Below are positions 27,484-37,700 of a DNA stretch of 49,462 bases, one piece after another. The first letter of the stretch is position 1. Each line of letters begins with the position of its first letter. Source of the stretch: Sumerlaeia bacterium (GTDB lineage Bacteria; Sumerlaeota; Sumerlaeia; SLMS01; JAHLLQ01); contig JAVJSW010000078.1 of the NCBI GenBank assembly GCA_040219255.1, positions 1 to 49,462 on the forward strand, read 5' to 3'. A program made the position numbers and the translations under genes. The notes beneath the pieces are model-generated. The model saw nothing but the letters and a program-made list of their open reading frames with translations. It was not told the origin of the DNA and ran no database searches.

Positions 27484-27896
27484 TAGAAGGAGCCCTGGGC
27501 GGCCAGCCAGCCCTGGCGCCAGTCATGGCTTTCGAGCGACCCGCAGGGGTATTCGTTCGCGTCGGCGGAAATCCCGACGGAGCCGGAGCTGAAGCCCTCC
27601 TCAAAAGCCTCGGTTTCCTCGTCGATTGTGGCCGGGACCTCCGGGCCCGAGGCGTCACGGATACAGGCGCAAATTTCACCGATTTCTTTGCCGTAGCGGT
27701 CGAGCTCCCTCTCGGAGGCGGTGAAGACCCGGCCGCACAGCACGCCGAGGCGGCGGCGGGCAAGGAGGCTGCGTTCGCTGTCCAGTTTGCCTTCCAGTTC
27801 AAGGGTGAGGGCACGCTGGCGGCCCTCACAGGCCTCGCGCTCCATGCGCGAGCGCATGGCTTCAACGTTAGGGTTCAGGGCGGTCATCAAACTCAT
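27483..27896 (-). CDS. hypothetical protein with C-terminal RMF/CrpP-like motif
   Basis: AFEEGFSSG..G.....NEY......HDWRQGW. Confidence 0.65.
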   Translation of the reverse strand: MSLMTALNPNVEAMRSRMEREACEGRQRALTLELEGKLDSERSLLARRRLGVLCGRVFTASERELDRYGKEIGEICACIRDASGPEVPATIDEETEAFEEGFSSGSVGISADANEYPCGSLESHDWRQGWLAAQGSF

Positions 27897-27957
27897 GGTG
27901 GTGTCCTTAGCGTGGTGTGGTGGTGTTTCGGCTCGGGCGAGCGCCCGACGTGTTTTG

Positions 27958-28012
27958 AGCGTGCCTTATTCGCCGCACGTCAGCAAGCTGTTTTGTTGTC
28001 AAAAAATTATGC
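27958..28012 (-). promoter_or_regulatory. putative early promoter (-35 TTGCTG, 17 bp, -10 CACGCT, AT-rich UP)
   Basis: Shared architecture with 5402, 9435 and 30588. Confidence 0.5.
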
Positions 28013-29760
28013 TACTTACGGACCAGTGCCAGAGTCATCTCCCCGTGCACGATGGCCAGCGATCGCTCGCTTGGAGGCTCGGCCAACGCCTCGCGCGCGC
28101 GGCGCCGGTGGCTGTGAGATTTGAGCCGCGCAATGACCTGCTGCGCCGCCTTGACCGGTGTACCGATGGGATAAGGCGAGTTGAGGGCGGCGGAGACCGC
28201 GGCCACGTCGCCGCCGGCCGGCCGCCTTTCCGGCGAGCGCCAGATTTCGAGCAGCTCCCCGGGCCCTTCCGCCGTGGCCGTGGCGCTTTCGATCCAGGGC
28301 CGCACGCGGGCGTCGATTACCCAGTCCGGGTCGATTTCCGCGCGAATGACCTCCAGCGCGTTCGGGTCGCAAAGCGCGAGGCGAAGGGCAGCCAGGGAAA
28401 GGGGCTCGAAGGGCACCTGCGGCTGGCGCTGCGGCGGCCGCTCGCGGCCCCGAGGCCGCCGCTCGGCGGGCGCCACAGCCCCTTGGCGAACGACGTCAAG
28501 GGGCAGGCCTGTCCGGATTGCCAGGAGGCGCAACGCGGCCTCCTTGCCCACGGGGGAGGGGACAGCGAGCACCAGACCACCCGCTGCGGAGACGAATCCT
28601 GACTGCCCTGCAATTGACGAGAGGTCGAAGCCGGCGGCGATTTCGTCGAGAGCGAAGGCGAAAAAATCCCGCGGGGCCTCAACAAGTCCAGCAAGGGCGC
28701 CGGGACCATCGGCGGCGACGAGGTCGTCCGGGTCCTTCCCCGGGGGAAGGGTCGCCACCCGGGCGTCGAGCCCCTCGGCCAGGAGAGCCTCGCCAGCGCC
28801 CAGGACCGCCTTCTGCCCCGCCGCGTCTCCGTCGTAGAGCATGACAACGCGCTCGGTGTATCGCCGAAGGAGGCGCCCGTGTGGCCTCCCCAGCGCGGTG
28901 CCGAGAGTCGCGACGACGTTGGCGTGGCCGGCGGCGTGGCAGGCGATGGCGTCGAAGTAGCCCTCGACAACGACCGCCTGCCCGCGGCGGCCGATTTCCT
29001 GATAGGCGAGGTCGAGGCCGTAGAGCGTGGCGCTCTTGTCGAAGAGCTCTGTTTGCGGCGAGTTGACGTACTTCGGCGAGCGCGTGTCTGAGTCGTCCAA
29101 CCGGCGGCCGCCAAAAGCGATGACCCGCCCCCGCTGGTCGCGAATGGGGATCATCAGCCGGCCGCGGAAGAGGTCGATCAGGCGCCCGTTGCTGGCCTCC
29201 TTGGCCAGGCCCGCCTCGATCAAGAGCCCGGCGCCGAACCCCTTTGCCTTGGCCGCGTCGAGGAGCGGCGTCCAGCCCTCGGGCGTGACGCCCAGGGCGA
29301 ACCGGTCGACGTTCGCGGCGGCAAGGCCCCGGCGGCGCAGGTAGCTCTCGGCGGCCGAGCCGGGCAGGGCCGAGCGGTAGAAGCCGAGGGCGAATTCGTG
29401 CACCGCCAGCAGGGCCTCGCGTTTTTCCGCTTTCGCGTGGTCCGCCTCGTCACGCCCGCAGCTCCGCTCGGGCATCGAAAGCCCGGCGTCCGTGGCGAGC
29501 CGCTCGAGGGCCTCCAGGAAGTCGAGCCCCTCGTGCTGCTCCAGGAAAGAAATGGCGTCGCCACCAACCCCGCAGCCGAAGCAATGGAAGGTGCCGCGCG
29601 CCGGTGTGACGTAGAACGACGGCGTCTTCTCCTCGTGAAACGGGCACAGCCCCTTGAGGCTTTGCCCCGTTCGGCTCAGCGCAACGTGCTCGCCGATCAC
29701 GTCGGCGATGTCGGTGCGCTCTTTGACTTCGCGGATCAGGCGAGCAATGGCCTCGCTCAT
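28012..29760 (-). CDS. dnaG: DNA primase
   Basis: CHC2 zinc finger CPFHEEKTPSF..CFGC; FRGRLMIPI; KYVNSP; VEGYFD; YDGDAAG (TOPRIM). Confidence 0.97.
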   Translation of the reverse strand: MSEAIARLIREVKERTDIADVIGEHVALSRTGQSLKGLCPFHEEKTPSFYVTPARGTFHCFGCGVGGDAISFLEQHEGLDFLEALERLATDAGLSMPERSCGRDEADHAKAEKREALLAVHEFALGFYRSALPGSAAESYLRRRGLAAANVDRFALGVTPEGWTPLLDAAKAKGFGAGLLIEAGLAKEASNGRLIDLFRGRLMIPIRDQRGRVIAFGGRRLDDSDTRSPKYVNSPQTELFDKSATLYGLDLAYQEIGRRGQAVVVEGYFDAIACHAAGHANVVATLGTALGRPHGRLLRRYTERVVMLYDGDAAGQKAVLGAGEALLAEGLDARVATLPPGKDPDDLVAADGPGALAGLVEAPRDFFAFALDEIAAGFDLSSIAGQSGFVSAAGGLVLAVPSPVGKEAALRLLAIRTGLPLDVVRQGAVAPAERRPRGRERPPQRQPQVPFEPLSLAALRLALCDPNALEVIRAEIDPDWVIDARVRPWIESATATAEGPGELLEIWRSPERRPAGGDVAAVSAALNSPYPIGTPVKAAQQVIARLKSHSHRRRAREALAEPPSERSLAIVHGEMTLALVRK

Positions 29761-30065
29761 TGCCGCGCCTCTTTCCTCCTGCACTTGGGGCAGGGCTCGG
29801 CGAGCTTGCGAGGGCGGAAATTCTCGGAGCAGGCGGGGCAACAGCCCAGAGCGACGCCCGCGCACTCGTCAAAGCCGAGGGCGGCCTCGAAGGTTTGCAG
29901 GTCGCCGACCTGGTTGCGGCGCAGGGCGGCGAGGAGTTCCGAATTTCCGCCGCGGTTGGCTTCGTTGACAAGGTTTCCGAGCCAGGCGTTGGCTTGGTAG
30001 AGGGCGTCCCGCAATTTGTCTTCCGTGGACACGTCGGGGGCCGGGTTGGTTTTCAGGTCGCTCAT
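29757..30065 (-). CDS. small protein with C-terminal zinc finger
   Basis: CCPAC...CPKC; overlaps the dnaG start. Confidence 0.65.
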   Translation of the reverse strand: MSDLKTNPAPDVSTEDKLRDALYQANAWLGNLVNEANRGGNSELLAALRRNQVGDLQTFEAALGFDECAGVALGCCPACSENFRPRKLAEPCPKCRRKEARQ

Positions 30066-30116
30066 GGTGCGCGCCCTTTCTCTTAGCGTGGTGTGGTGGT
30101 GTTTCGGGTGCCGCGG

Positions 30117-30429
30117 TTACCGCCGCGGCTCGGCTTTTTCGTGGCCTAAAGGGTGGCGGGAGCCAAAGGGCTTGAAGCAGCAAACGCAAAGCGCGATGCC
30201 GGTCTCGGCCTGGAGGCGAAGGGTGGCGGCGGCGCGCGACGCGCGACGCGGTTTCATGCTGCGCCGCGGCGACCTTGCGAGAGCCCGAGACGAGCAGGGT
30301 GCGCCGGTATTGGCTTTCGGCGTACTCCTCCCATTCCCGGGCGCTCTCAAGGCAGCGGGCGCGGTCCTCTTCGGTGATGGGGCGGCGCCCGTAGCGGCGT
30401 GCGATTTCTTCGGCCGTCGGGTAGCTCAT
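30117..30429 (-). pseudogene. hypothetical gene frameshifted by a 7-bp tandem duplication
   Basis: GCGACGC x2 at 30236-30249; removing one copy joins MSYPT...ETASR to AAATLRLQAETGIALCVCCFK...*. Confidence 0.55.
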
Positions 30430-30587
30430 CAGAAGCTCCTCCCGCAGCGCAGACAGCAGCCTGAGAAGATGGGGCCTCGGGCGTGATCCCAAAGGGCGGC
30501 GGGTTTCATAGTCTTGTCCTTGCGATGGTGGCGTTTCGGTCTTGCGAGGGGGGCTGCGAAAGGCGGCCTCGCCCCACTCGCAAGGGC

Positions 30588-30640
30588 ACTTTGCCCAGCG
30601 GCGCGAACAAGAAGCAATGATTTTTATGAAACAAATAGAA
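30588..30640 (-). promoter_or_regulatory. putative early promoter (-35 TTGCTT, 18 bp, -10 CAAAGT, AT-rich UP)
   Basis: Shared architecture; followed by a hairpin (30541-30584) and the leader motif. Confidence 0.5.
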
Positions 30641-30642
30641 TA

Positions 30643-31041
30643 CTATCGGCGGCCCTGGGCGCCCTCCCGCCCCACGATCACGCGCCCGCCGCACTTGCAC
30701 TTGGCCACGTCGCTCGCCTGGCCGTCGCGCAAGAAGGCGACGTGCCCGGTGTTGCAGAAGGGGCAGACGACCGACACCTCTTCGCCGCGAAGGGCACGGC
30801 GCACCAGCGCCTTTGTCGCGAGGAAGGAAATCAGGGAGAGCGGTATGGCGGCGGGAAGCAGGACGATGGTGAAGGCCATCACCAGGAAAACGGGCTGGAG
30901 GAAGGCAAGGGCGACAACGCCCGTCCAACACAACGCCACCGTCGCGGCGCTTGGATCCTGCCGGCGCCTGGCTACCACCGTGGCTTGGACGTAACCAGCG
31001 GTCTCCGGGGGCGTCGGGTGATTTGCGATAGGGGTAGTCAT
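30643..31041 (-). CDS. membrane protein with C-terminal zinc ribbon
   Basis: Long hydrophobic stretch then CPFC...CKCG. Confidence 0.65.
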   Translation of the reverse strand: MTTPIANHPTPPETAGYVQATVVARRRQDPSAATVALCWTGVVALAFLQPVFLVMAFTIVLLPAAIPLSLISFLATKALVRRALRGEEVSVVCPFCNTGHVAFLRDGQASDVAKCKCGGRVIVGREGAQGRR

Positions 31042-31126
31042 GGGGCTGCGTCCTTTGCCTGAACTTCTTACAGGGGAGCAGGCCGCTTATTCGGGTGGAT
31101 AGCCGTTCTTCGTCGATCATTTCAGG

Positions 31127-32653
31127 TCAGGCCGCAAAAAGTGGAATATCGTCTGGGATAGCGTCGGAGGTGCCGAGGGCCTCCATGCAAATCGCGTCCG
31201 CCATCACGAGGTCGTCGGAATACCCTTGGCGCGCCGCGATCCGGGCGCCGTGGTAAACGGTCGTCCACATCTCCGAGAGCTGGCGAAGGCAGCGGATCCC
31301 TGTCCGCCGGCGCAGCACCGCGTCCTGCATTTTCGAGAGGATACGGGTCTTGCTCCCCGCGGTTGTATTCCAGCCGGGCTCGGCCTTGATTCGCTGCGAG
31401 ATGGGATCGACCTCGTGGTAGAGGTTCGGGTAGCCGTTGCCGTTGCGAACGTTGAGCACGAGGTGCTCCATCACCGCGAGGCCGGTGTTGTTTAGCTCGA
31501 CGGCCACCAGGGCGTCGTTGAAGTAGCCGCCGACCTGGGAGATGAGGCGGGCGTATTCGCCCACCAGCGGTTTTCCGCGATAAGAAGCGACCTGCCTGCC
31601 GGTGGCGCGGTCGCGCACGGTGAACGCGTTGTAGCTCTTCCCCGTGCCCTTGGCCGTATCGGCGCCGAGTACGTAACTGCCCGACGAGGTAGGCAGTTCG
31701 AAAATGTAGAGTTCGCCGCCGCGCTGAACGTCGGCCGGACGCAAGGCGACCGGGTCCTCATGGATGGTTTCGTCGAGGGAGCGAAGGGCGGCCACGTCGA
31801 AGGCGGGGCGGCCGGAGGAGAGGAACTTGGCCTCGTGCTCCTGGGCGAAAGCGTCCTCGCCGAGAGCAAGCCGCTCGCGGGCCGCCCATTCCTCCCCGCG
31901 GCCGGGATGATCGCGCCAGTCGAGAAGGAGCAGATTCCAAATGCTCTCGCCGCTGATGGCGGCGGTCACCTGCTCGTGGGTCCAGTCGCCCAGGCCGTGA
32001 GGCGTCGTCAGCACAATGGCGGTGCCGCCGCTCGAAAGGGTCGGCCTCGCCGCCTCCCAGATTTCGTCGACCCAGCGAACGAAGGCCGCCTCGTCGATCA
32101 CCAGGACGGTCAACGTTTCGGAGCGGCCAGCTTCGCGCGACGTGGGAATCGACTCGATGCGCGAGCCGTTCTCGAATTCGATAACGGTCACCGTGCCGAC
32201 GTCTCCAGGCACGCCGTTGGAAACCCGCATCCTGAGGAAATCGGGCAGGTGGCGGTAGATGAATTTCACACGGTCCAGGAAGCGCTTGGCCCGAGCCTGA
32301 TTGATCGAAATCACCTGGATGTTCGAGAAGGGGCGGAAAATGGCGGCCCACAAAGTGTAGCCCGCGACAAGCCAGCTCATACCGAGCTGGCGGCCTTTGA
32401 GGATGAAAGTGAAGGGGTGAGCGATAAACTCGCGCAGGCAGTCGCGCTGGGACGGATAGGGGCGAAACGGTTTCACCGGGCGCCTCGCACCCGGATCGAT
32501 CAACCAGCCGTAGTTCAGAATGAAGTAGTACGGGTCGGCGGCGCACCGTCGCACCTCCTCCGCCTCGGCCACCGTTCGGATGAAGCCGTGGTCGTACTCA
32601 CCGCCGGATTGGGCGAAACGCTCGCGCTCCCGGCGCGTGGGGGGGATAATCAC
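31127..32653 (-). CDS. terminase large subunit
   Basis: ILKGRQLGMSW; LVIDEAAF; TTPHG; LGADTAKG; VELNNTG; SDDLVMA. Confidence 0.95.
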   Translation of the reverse strand: MIIPPTRRERERFAQSGGEYDHGFIRTVAEAEEVRRCAADPYYFILNYGWLIDPGARRPVKPFRPYPSQRDCLREFIAHPFTFILKGRQLGMSWLVAGYTLWAAIFRPFSNIQVISINQARAKRFLDRVKFIYRHLPDFLRMRVSNGVPGDVGTVTVIEFENGSRIESIPTSREAGRSETLTVLVIDEAAFVRWVDEIWEAARPTLSSGGTAIVLTTPHGLGDWTHEQVTAAISGESIWNLLLLDWRDHPGRGEEWAARERLALGEDAFAQEHEAKFLSSGRPAFDVAALRSLDETIHEDPVALRPADVQRGGELYIFELPTSSGSYVLGADTAKGTGKSYNAFTVRDRATGRQVASYRGKPLVGEYARLISQVGGYFNDALVAVELNNTGLAVMEHLVLNVRNGNGYPNLYHEVDPISQRIKAEPGWNTTAGSKTRILSKMQDAVLRRRTGIRCLRQLSEMWTTVYHGARIAARQGYSDDLVMADAICMEALGTSDAIPDDIPLFAA

Positions 32654-32669
32654 CGCGTCACAGCCCTCG

Positions 32670-33578
32670 TCAAATCGTCACGTCGCTGAGGTCGTATTCG
32701 CCGCCACCGTCTTCCTCGCCCTCGACTTCCTCGAAGCTCGGAGGGGGCTTGCCTTCGGGATCCCTGTTCTCCCCGTCGGCCGCCTTGAGTTCCTCGTCGC
32801 TCACCTTGACGACGTCGCCGGAAGCACCGAGCGCGGCGCGGCGCGCGGCGAAGTCGACCCGTTCCCCCTCGTATCCTTCCCGTCTGACGATCGCTTCGTT
32901 TTCCGGGTCGGTGACATCCTCGAATTCGGCGTCGACGACATCGTCGCCCGCCTGCGTGAGCGGCAGTTGGGCCGCCTCGCCACGTTTGTCCAGGGCCTCG
33001 AGGAGGTGGGTCAGGGAGACGCGTCCGCCGCCGGAGCCGGAGTCGTCGCCCGAGCCCCCCGCCAGCGCCGCGAAAATGACCTGGGTCGCCGGGCCGCTTC
33101 GGTCGACGCCCAGGGTGCGCAGGATTTGCCGGCTGGCATTGGCGGCGATAGCCAGGCCGGCCGGGTCATCCTCGAGCGCCTTGTTTGGGTCGTTGGGACG
33201 AATGCGCCGGAGCCGCAGCGCCCGCTTTTGCACCTCGAAGAGCATGAGGATTTGGTTCATGGCGACCGCCTTGAGGTCATCAGGCGAGTCGACTAGCTTC
33301 GAGTTTTGCAGCCTTGCCTCGGCAATCCACTTGTCGACGGTTCGCGAGGTCACTTCGAAGGGCTGGCCGGCCATCTGCGTCAGCAGGTCATTGACGTGCC
33401 GGCGCAGGCCGTTGCGGTCGATGGAGATGTGGGGCTGGTGGATGAGCGCTTTCTGCAGAAATCGAATGGCCTCACCGCGGATTTCCTGCGTGACCTTGGG
33501 GCCGCGGGTCTTTGGCTTGCGCGGTCTCTTGGCGCCCTTTTTGGGGGAGGGCGCCGGGCGTGCTGTGCTCGTTTCCAT
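32670..33578 (-). CDS. putative terminase small subunit
   Basis: HTH-like VTSRTVDKWI; acidic tail; directly upstream of TerL; SD GGAGGAG. Confidence 0.6.
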   Translation of the reverse strand: METSTARPAPSPKKGAKRPRKPKTRGPKVTQEIRGEAIRFLQKALIHQPHISIDRNGLRRHVNDLLTQMAGQPFEVTSRTVDKWIAEARLQNSKLVDSPDDLKAVAMNQILMLFEVQKRALRLRRIRPNDPNKALEDDPAGLAIAANASRQILRTLGVDRSGPATQVIFAALAGGSGDDSGSGGGRVSLTHLLEALDKRGEAAQLPLTQAGDDVVDAEFEDVTDPENEAIVRREGYEGERVDFAARRAALGASGDVVKVSDEELKAADGENRDPEGKPPPSFEEVEGEEDGGGEYDLSDVTI

Positions 33579-33601
33579 CTCCTCCCCCTTTCGGCCGGCG
33601 T

Positions 33602-34672
33602 TCACTCAAAAAGGCTGGTTTGGGTGCCGACGGTGCCGCCAAGGGGCTCCTCATCGTTGGCCCCGGCTTCCGCTTCCGTTGGGCCTTCCCCGGCCAGAAT
33701 GGCCTCGCAGCGGGCCGCCGTTTGCAGGCCGTCGTCAAACGTCCTGCCCTGGCGCGAGCACTCCAACGCCAACTCGTCCTCCGTGATTTCGCCGTGTTGC
33801 CACTCGCGAACCGCGAGCGTGATGTCGAGGTCGCGCCGCGCCGTCTCGACGGCCTGCCGCGAGGGCACCCGGATGGTCAGCCCTCCGAAGGCGACGAGGA
33901 ATTTCTCCAGGAAGCCCGGCGGGCAGCCGCATTTGTCCGCCAACGCAGCGACCTGGGGCACCAGCGAGGCGTCGAAAAACAAGTCCACCGTTACCCGGGC
34001 GTCCGGCATTTGCTCCCTTTCCTCAATGAGCTGGAGGCGCCAGGTTGCGGTCACAACCGCGGCCGCGTTTCGAACCTGCCGCTCCGTGAGATTGTACCGC
34101 TCGCGAAGCGCCTTGTTGACGCCCGCGTCGAGGCGCCCGCCTTCCATGAGGTGGGGGCGCTGGGCGAGCCATTCGCAGGCCGCCCGGATCGAACCGTTCT
34201 GGACGTTTGGGAATTTCACCGCCAGGAGGGACGCGAACTCCTCCTCCGCGGCGACCGAATCGAACGCGCTCGCCTGCGAGGCCAGCATTGGTGTCGCGCC
34301 ATCGGCGGAGGCCAATGCGTCGAGGGTCTCCATGTCGTCGACCCCGTCGAAATTCCGCCGCGCGTCGCTCTCGATCACGTTGACCATCGCGTTGCGGGCG
34401 ACGGTGTAGAAGAAATTTCCCGGGCGGCGGCAGCGCGAGCTGTCGAAGGCGCCGTTGCGAATGGCGCTCAGGAGCTTCACCCGGGCGGCCTGCTTGCAAT
34501 CGTCTTCGTGCCGTTGCCATCGGCAGCGCCGGACGATGGAGTCAAGGAGGGGCTCCAGGCGGCGAATAAGCTGGTCCTCCGTCTCTCCGCGCTCAACCGC
34601 CTCCAAAAAACTGGCGGCTCGGAAGGGCTGATGATGGCGGGGTGCGGCGGTAGCCGCGACTGCTGCTTGCAT
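33602..34672 (-). CDS. sigma70 region-2-like protein with C-terminal Mor-like domain (putative late regulator)
   Basis: EDDCKQAARVKLLSAI..FD.....NFFYTVARNAM (region 2); FLVAFGGLTIRVP...RRDLDI...LA (Mor-like). Confidence 0.65.
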   Translation of the reverse strand: MQAAVAATAAPRHHQPFRAASFLEAVERGETEDQLIRRLEPLLDSIVRRCRWQRHEDDCKQAARVKLLSAIRNGAFDSSRCRRPGNFFYTVARNAMVNVIESDARRNFDGVDDMETLDALASADGATPMLASQASAFDSVAAEEEFASLLAVKFPNVQNGSIRAACEWLAQRPHLMEGGRLDAGVNKALRERYNLTERQVRNAAAVVTATWRLQLIEEREQMPDARVTVDLFFDASLVPQVAALADKCGCPPGFLEKFLVAFGGLTIRVPSRQAVETARRDLDITLAVREWQHGEITEDELALECSRQGRTFDDGLQTAARCEAILAGEGPTEAEAGANDEEPLGGTVGTQTSLFE

Positions 34673-34733
34673 GGCTAACTGGTCCTTTCGTGGCAGGGGT
34701 CGTCGGTCAAGGTGGTGAGGCATGGAGTGGCGC

Positions 34734-37700
34734 TTAGCCGCAGCCGCCGGCGTGGCCGCAGGCCTCGCAGGTCTGGCAAGTGCCCGAGCGCCGCATGGCA
34801 AAGCCGCCGCAGGCGGGGCAGGCATCACCGGTGTAGCCAGCGGATCGGGCGAGGGCGGAGGGCGAGGGCGACGTCGCGTGGGCGTCCGAGGCAAAGCCCC
34901 AGGCGCCCTGCTCGCCCAGGTCGATCTTGTCGGCGGCAGGGGTGCGCCAGGGGGCGCCGTCGCACGGCGCCTCGACGTCGGCCAGGTCCTCCCGCCCGAG
35001 GTAGGAGATGCCAAGCTCGCGGAAAATGTAGTCGATGATCGAAGAGGCCCGCTTGACGCGGTCGTGGCCGCTGACTGGACCGGCCGGTTCAAAGCGCTGC
35101 CCGGCGAACGAGTGGACGAACTTCTCAAGCGGCACGCCGTGCTGGAGCCCCATACTCACCGCCACGGCGAAGCAATTCATCAGGCTGCGGAAGGCGGCGC
35201 CTTCCTTGTGCATGTCGATGAAGATTTCGCCCAGGCTCCCGTCCTCGTATTCGCCGGTCGAGAGGTAGACCGTTTGTCCGCCGACGCGCGCCTTCGTGCG
35301 GACGCCGTGGCGCCGGGTCGGAAGGGCGACGCGGGATCCCCACGCCAGGCCGTTCTGATCGACGGGGAAGCCGGCCGGCTCCTGGGGGAAACTGGCGGGA
35401 GCGGGGTCTTCCTCGCCCTCGGAGTCCGCCGCGGGAATGCGGCCGGTAATCGCCTTGACGGGCGCGCTTGCCGAGAGCGGCTGGGAGAGCTTTGAGCCGT
35501 CGCGGTAGATGGCGACGCATTTCACGCCCGACGCCCAGGCATGGGAGTAGGCCTTGGAGATGTCTTTCATCGTCGCCGTGGCCGGCAGGTTGACCGTTTT
35601 GCTGATGGCCCCGCTGATGAAGGACTGGACTGCGGCCATCATGTCCACGTGGGCGCGCCACGACAGCGAGCGCTTGCCTTCGCCGCAGGGGCTCGCGCAG
35701 TCGAAGACCGGCAGGTGCTCCGGCTTCAGGTGGGGGGCGCCTTCGATCGTTCCGTGGCCGCAGACGTAGGCGTTCAGCGCTTGCCACTGGGCGTCGGTTG
35801 TCCAGAGGCGCTCGCGGTCAAGGCCGGGCAGGAAGTCGATGTGGTAGGCGGACTTGGCGGCCGTTTCGAGCGCGACCAGCCCCATACCGCTCAGTCCGAG
35901 AGCGCTCCTCAGCCCCTCTAGGCCCATACCCGTCGGCGCCTCCTCGAAAGTGCCATGGCCGGAGATGTAAGCGGTGATGTCGGCGATCTGTTCCTCGGTG
36001 TATCCGAGATGCCGCAACGCGGAGGGCACCGTCTCATTGACGATGCGGAGGCTGCCGCCGCCTGCGAGCGATTTGAATTTGACCAGGGAAAAGTCGGGCT
36101 CGATACCGGTCGTGTCGCACCCCATCACGAGAGAAATCGTGCCGGTCGGCGCCAGAACCGAGACCTGGGCGTTGCGATAGCCGTGACTTTCACCGGACCT
36201 ATACGCTTGGTCCCAGGCCTCGATAGCCGCCTCGCGCAGATAGGCGGGCGTAAACCTCTTGTTCAGGCGAACGGGCGGCGGCCCCTTCACGTCAACCGTG
36301 CCATCGGAGCCCAGCGCCGCGCCAAAGTGGTTGTTGATCACCCGCAGCATCGCCTCTCGGTTTTTGGCGAAAAGCTCAAAGGGGCCGAGCTCGGCCGCCA
36401 ATTGGGCGCTCGTCCGATAGGCAAGGCCTGTCATGACTGCGGTCACGCCCGCCGCGATGGCGCGCCCCCGAGGCGAGTCGTAGGCAATGCCGGCCGCCAT
36501 GAGGAACGCCCCCAGGTTCGCGTAGCCAAGCCCCAAGGTGCGCGTCTGGTGGGTAAGCTCAGCCACCCGCCGGCTCGGGAGCTGGGCCATGGCCACGCTG
36601 ATTTCGAGCGTGATCGTCCAAAGAGCCACCGCGTGCTCGAAAGCGGGCAAGTCGAGCTCGCCCGTTTCCGTCTGGAACTTCCGCAGGTTGAGCGAGGCGA
36701 GATTGCAGGCGGTGTCGTCGAGGAAGAGGAACTCCGAGCAGGGGTTGCTGGCCCGGATACGGCCGCTGTTGGGACAGGTGTGCCACTCGTTGATCGTGGT
36801 GTCGAATTGGACGCCGGGGTCGGCCGATTCCCACGCGGCCCGGACGATGGCGGTCCAGATTTCTTTGGCCGGGATGGTCGCCGCGACTTCCCCGGTGGTT
36901 CGCTCGATCAACTCCCAATCCAGACCGTGATCGAGCGCCTGCATGAAGGCGTCGGGGATGCGAACCGAATTGTTCGCGTTCTGCCCCGCCACCGTCAGGT
37001 AGGCCTCGCCCTGCCAGTCGGTGTCGAACTCGGGAAAGGCCACCTCCAGAACGCCCTCACGCCCGTATTCGAGGGCTCGATTCACGAGCTGCTCGGGCAG
37101 CCCCGTGGACAGCGCGTCCGTGATGGCCGCCGCCACGACCGGGTCACTGGTGGGGGACGTCTTGTTTGGGCTCGCGGCAATGACGCGGAGGAGATCGCTC
37201 AGGCAATCGCGCACGAGCTTGCTGCCCGCCACCAGCGCGGCCACCTTCTTCTCCTCGTCCGATTTCCAGCGAATGAAGTCCATCACGTCGGGGTGATCGA
37301 CGTCGACCACCACCATCTTGGCCGCGCGGCGGGTTGTGCCGCCGCTCTTGATGGCCCCTGCCGACCGGTCGCCGACGCGCAGGAAGCTCATCATGCCGCT
37401 CGACTTGCCCCCGCCCGAGAGGGCCTCGCCCTCGCCGCGAAGGGCGGAGAAGTTGGAGCCCACCCCCGAGCCGAACTTGAAACAGCGGACCTCCCGGGCC
37501 CAGAGGTCCATGATGCCGCCCTCGTTGACGAGATCGTCTTCGAGACCCAGGATGAAGCAGGCGTGCGGCTGGGGGTGCTCGTAGGCGTTTTCGCTGCGGC
37601 GCGTTTCGCCCGTTTCAATGTCGGTGTAGTAGTGGCCCTGGGCCGGGCCCGTGATTCCGTAGGCCCAATGCAGGCCGGTGTTGAACCATTGCGGCGAATT

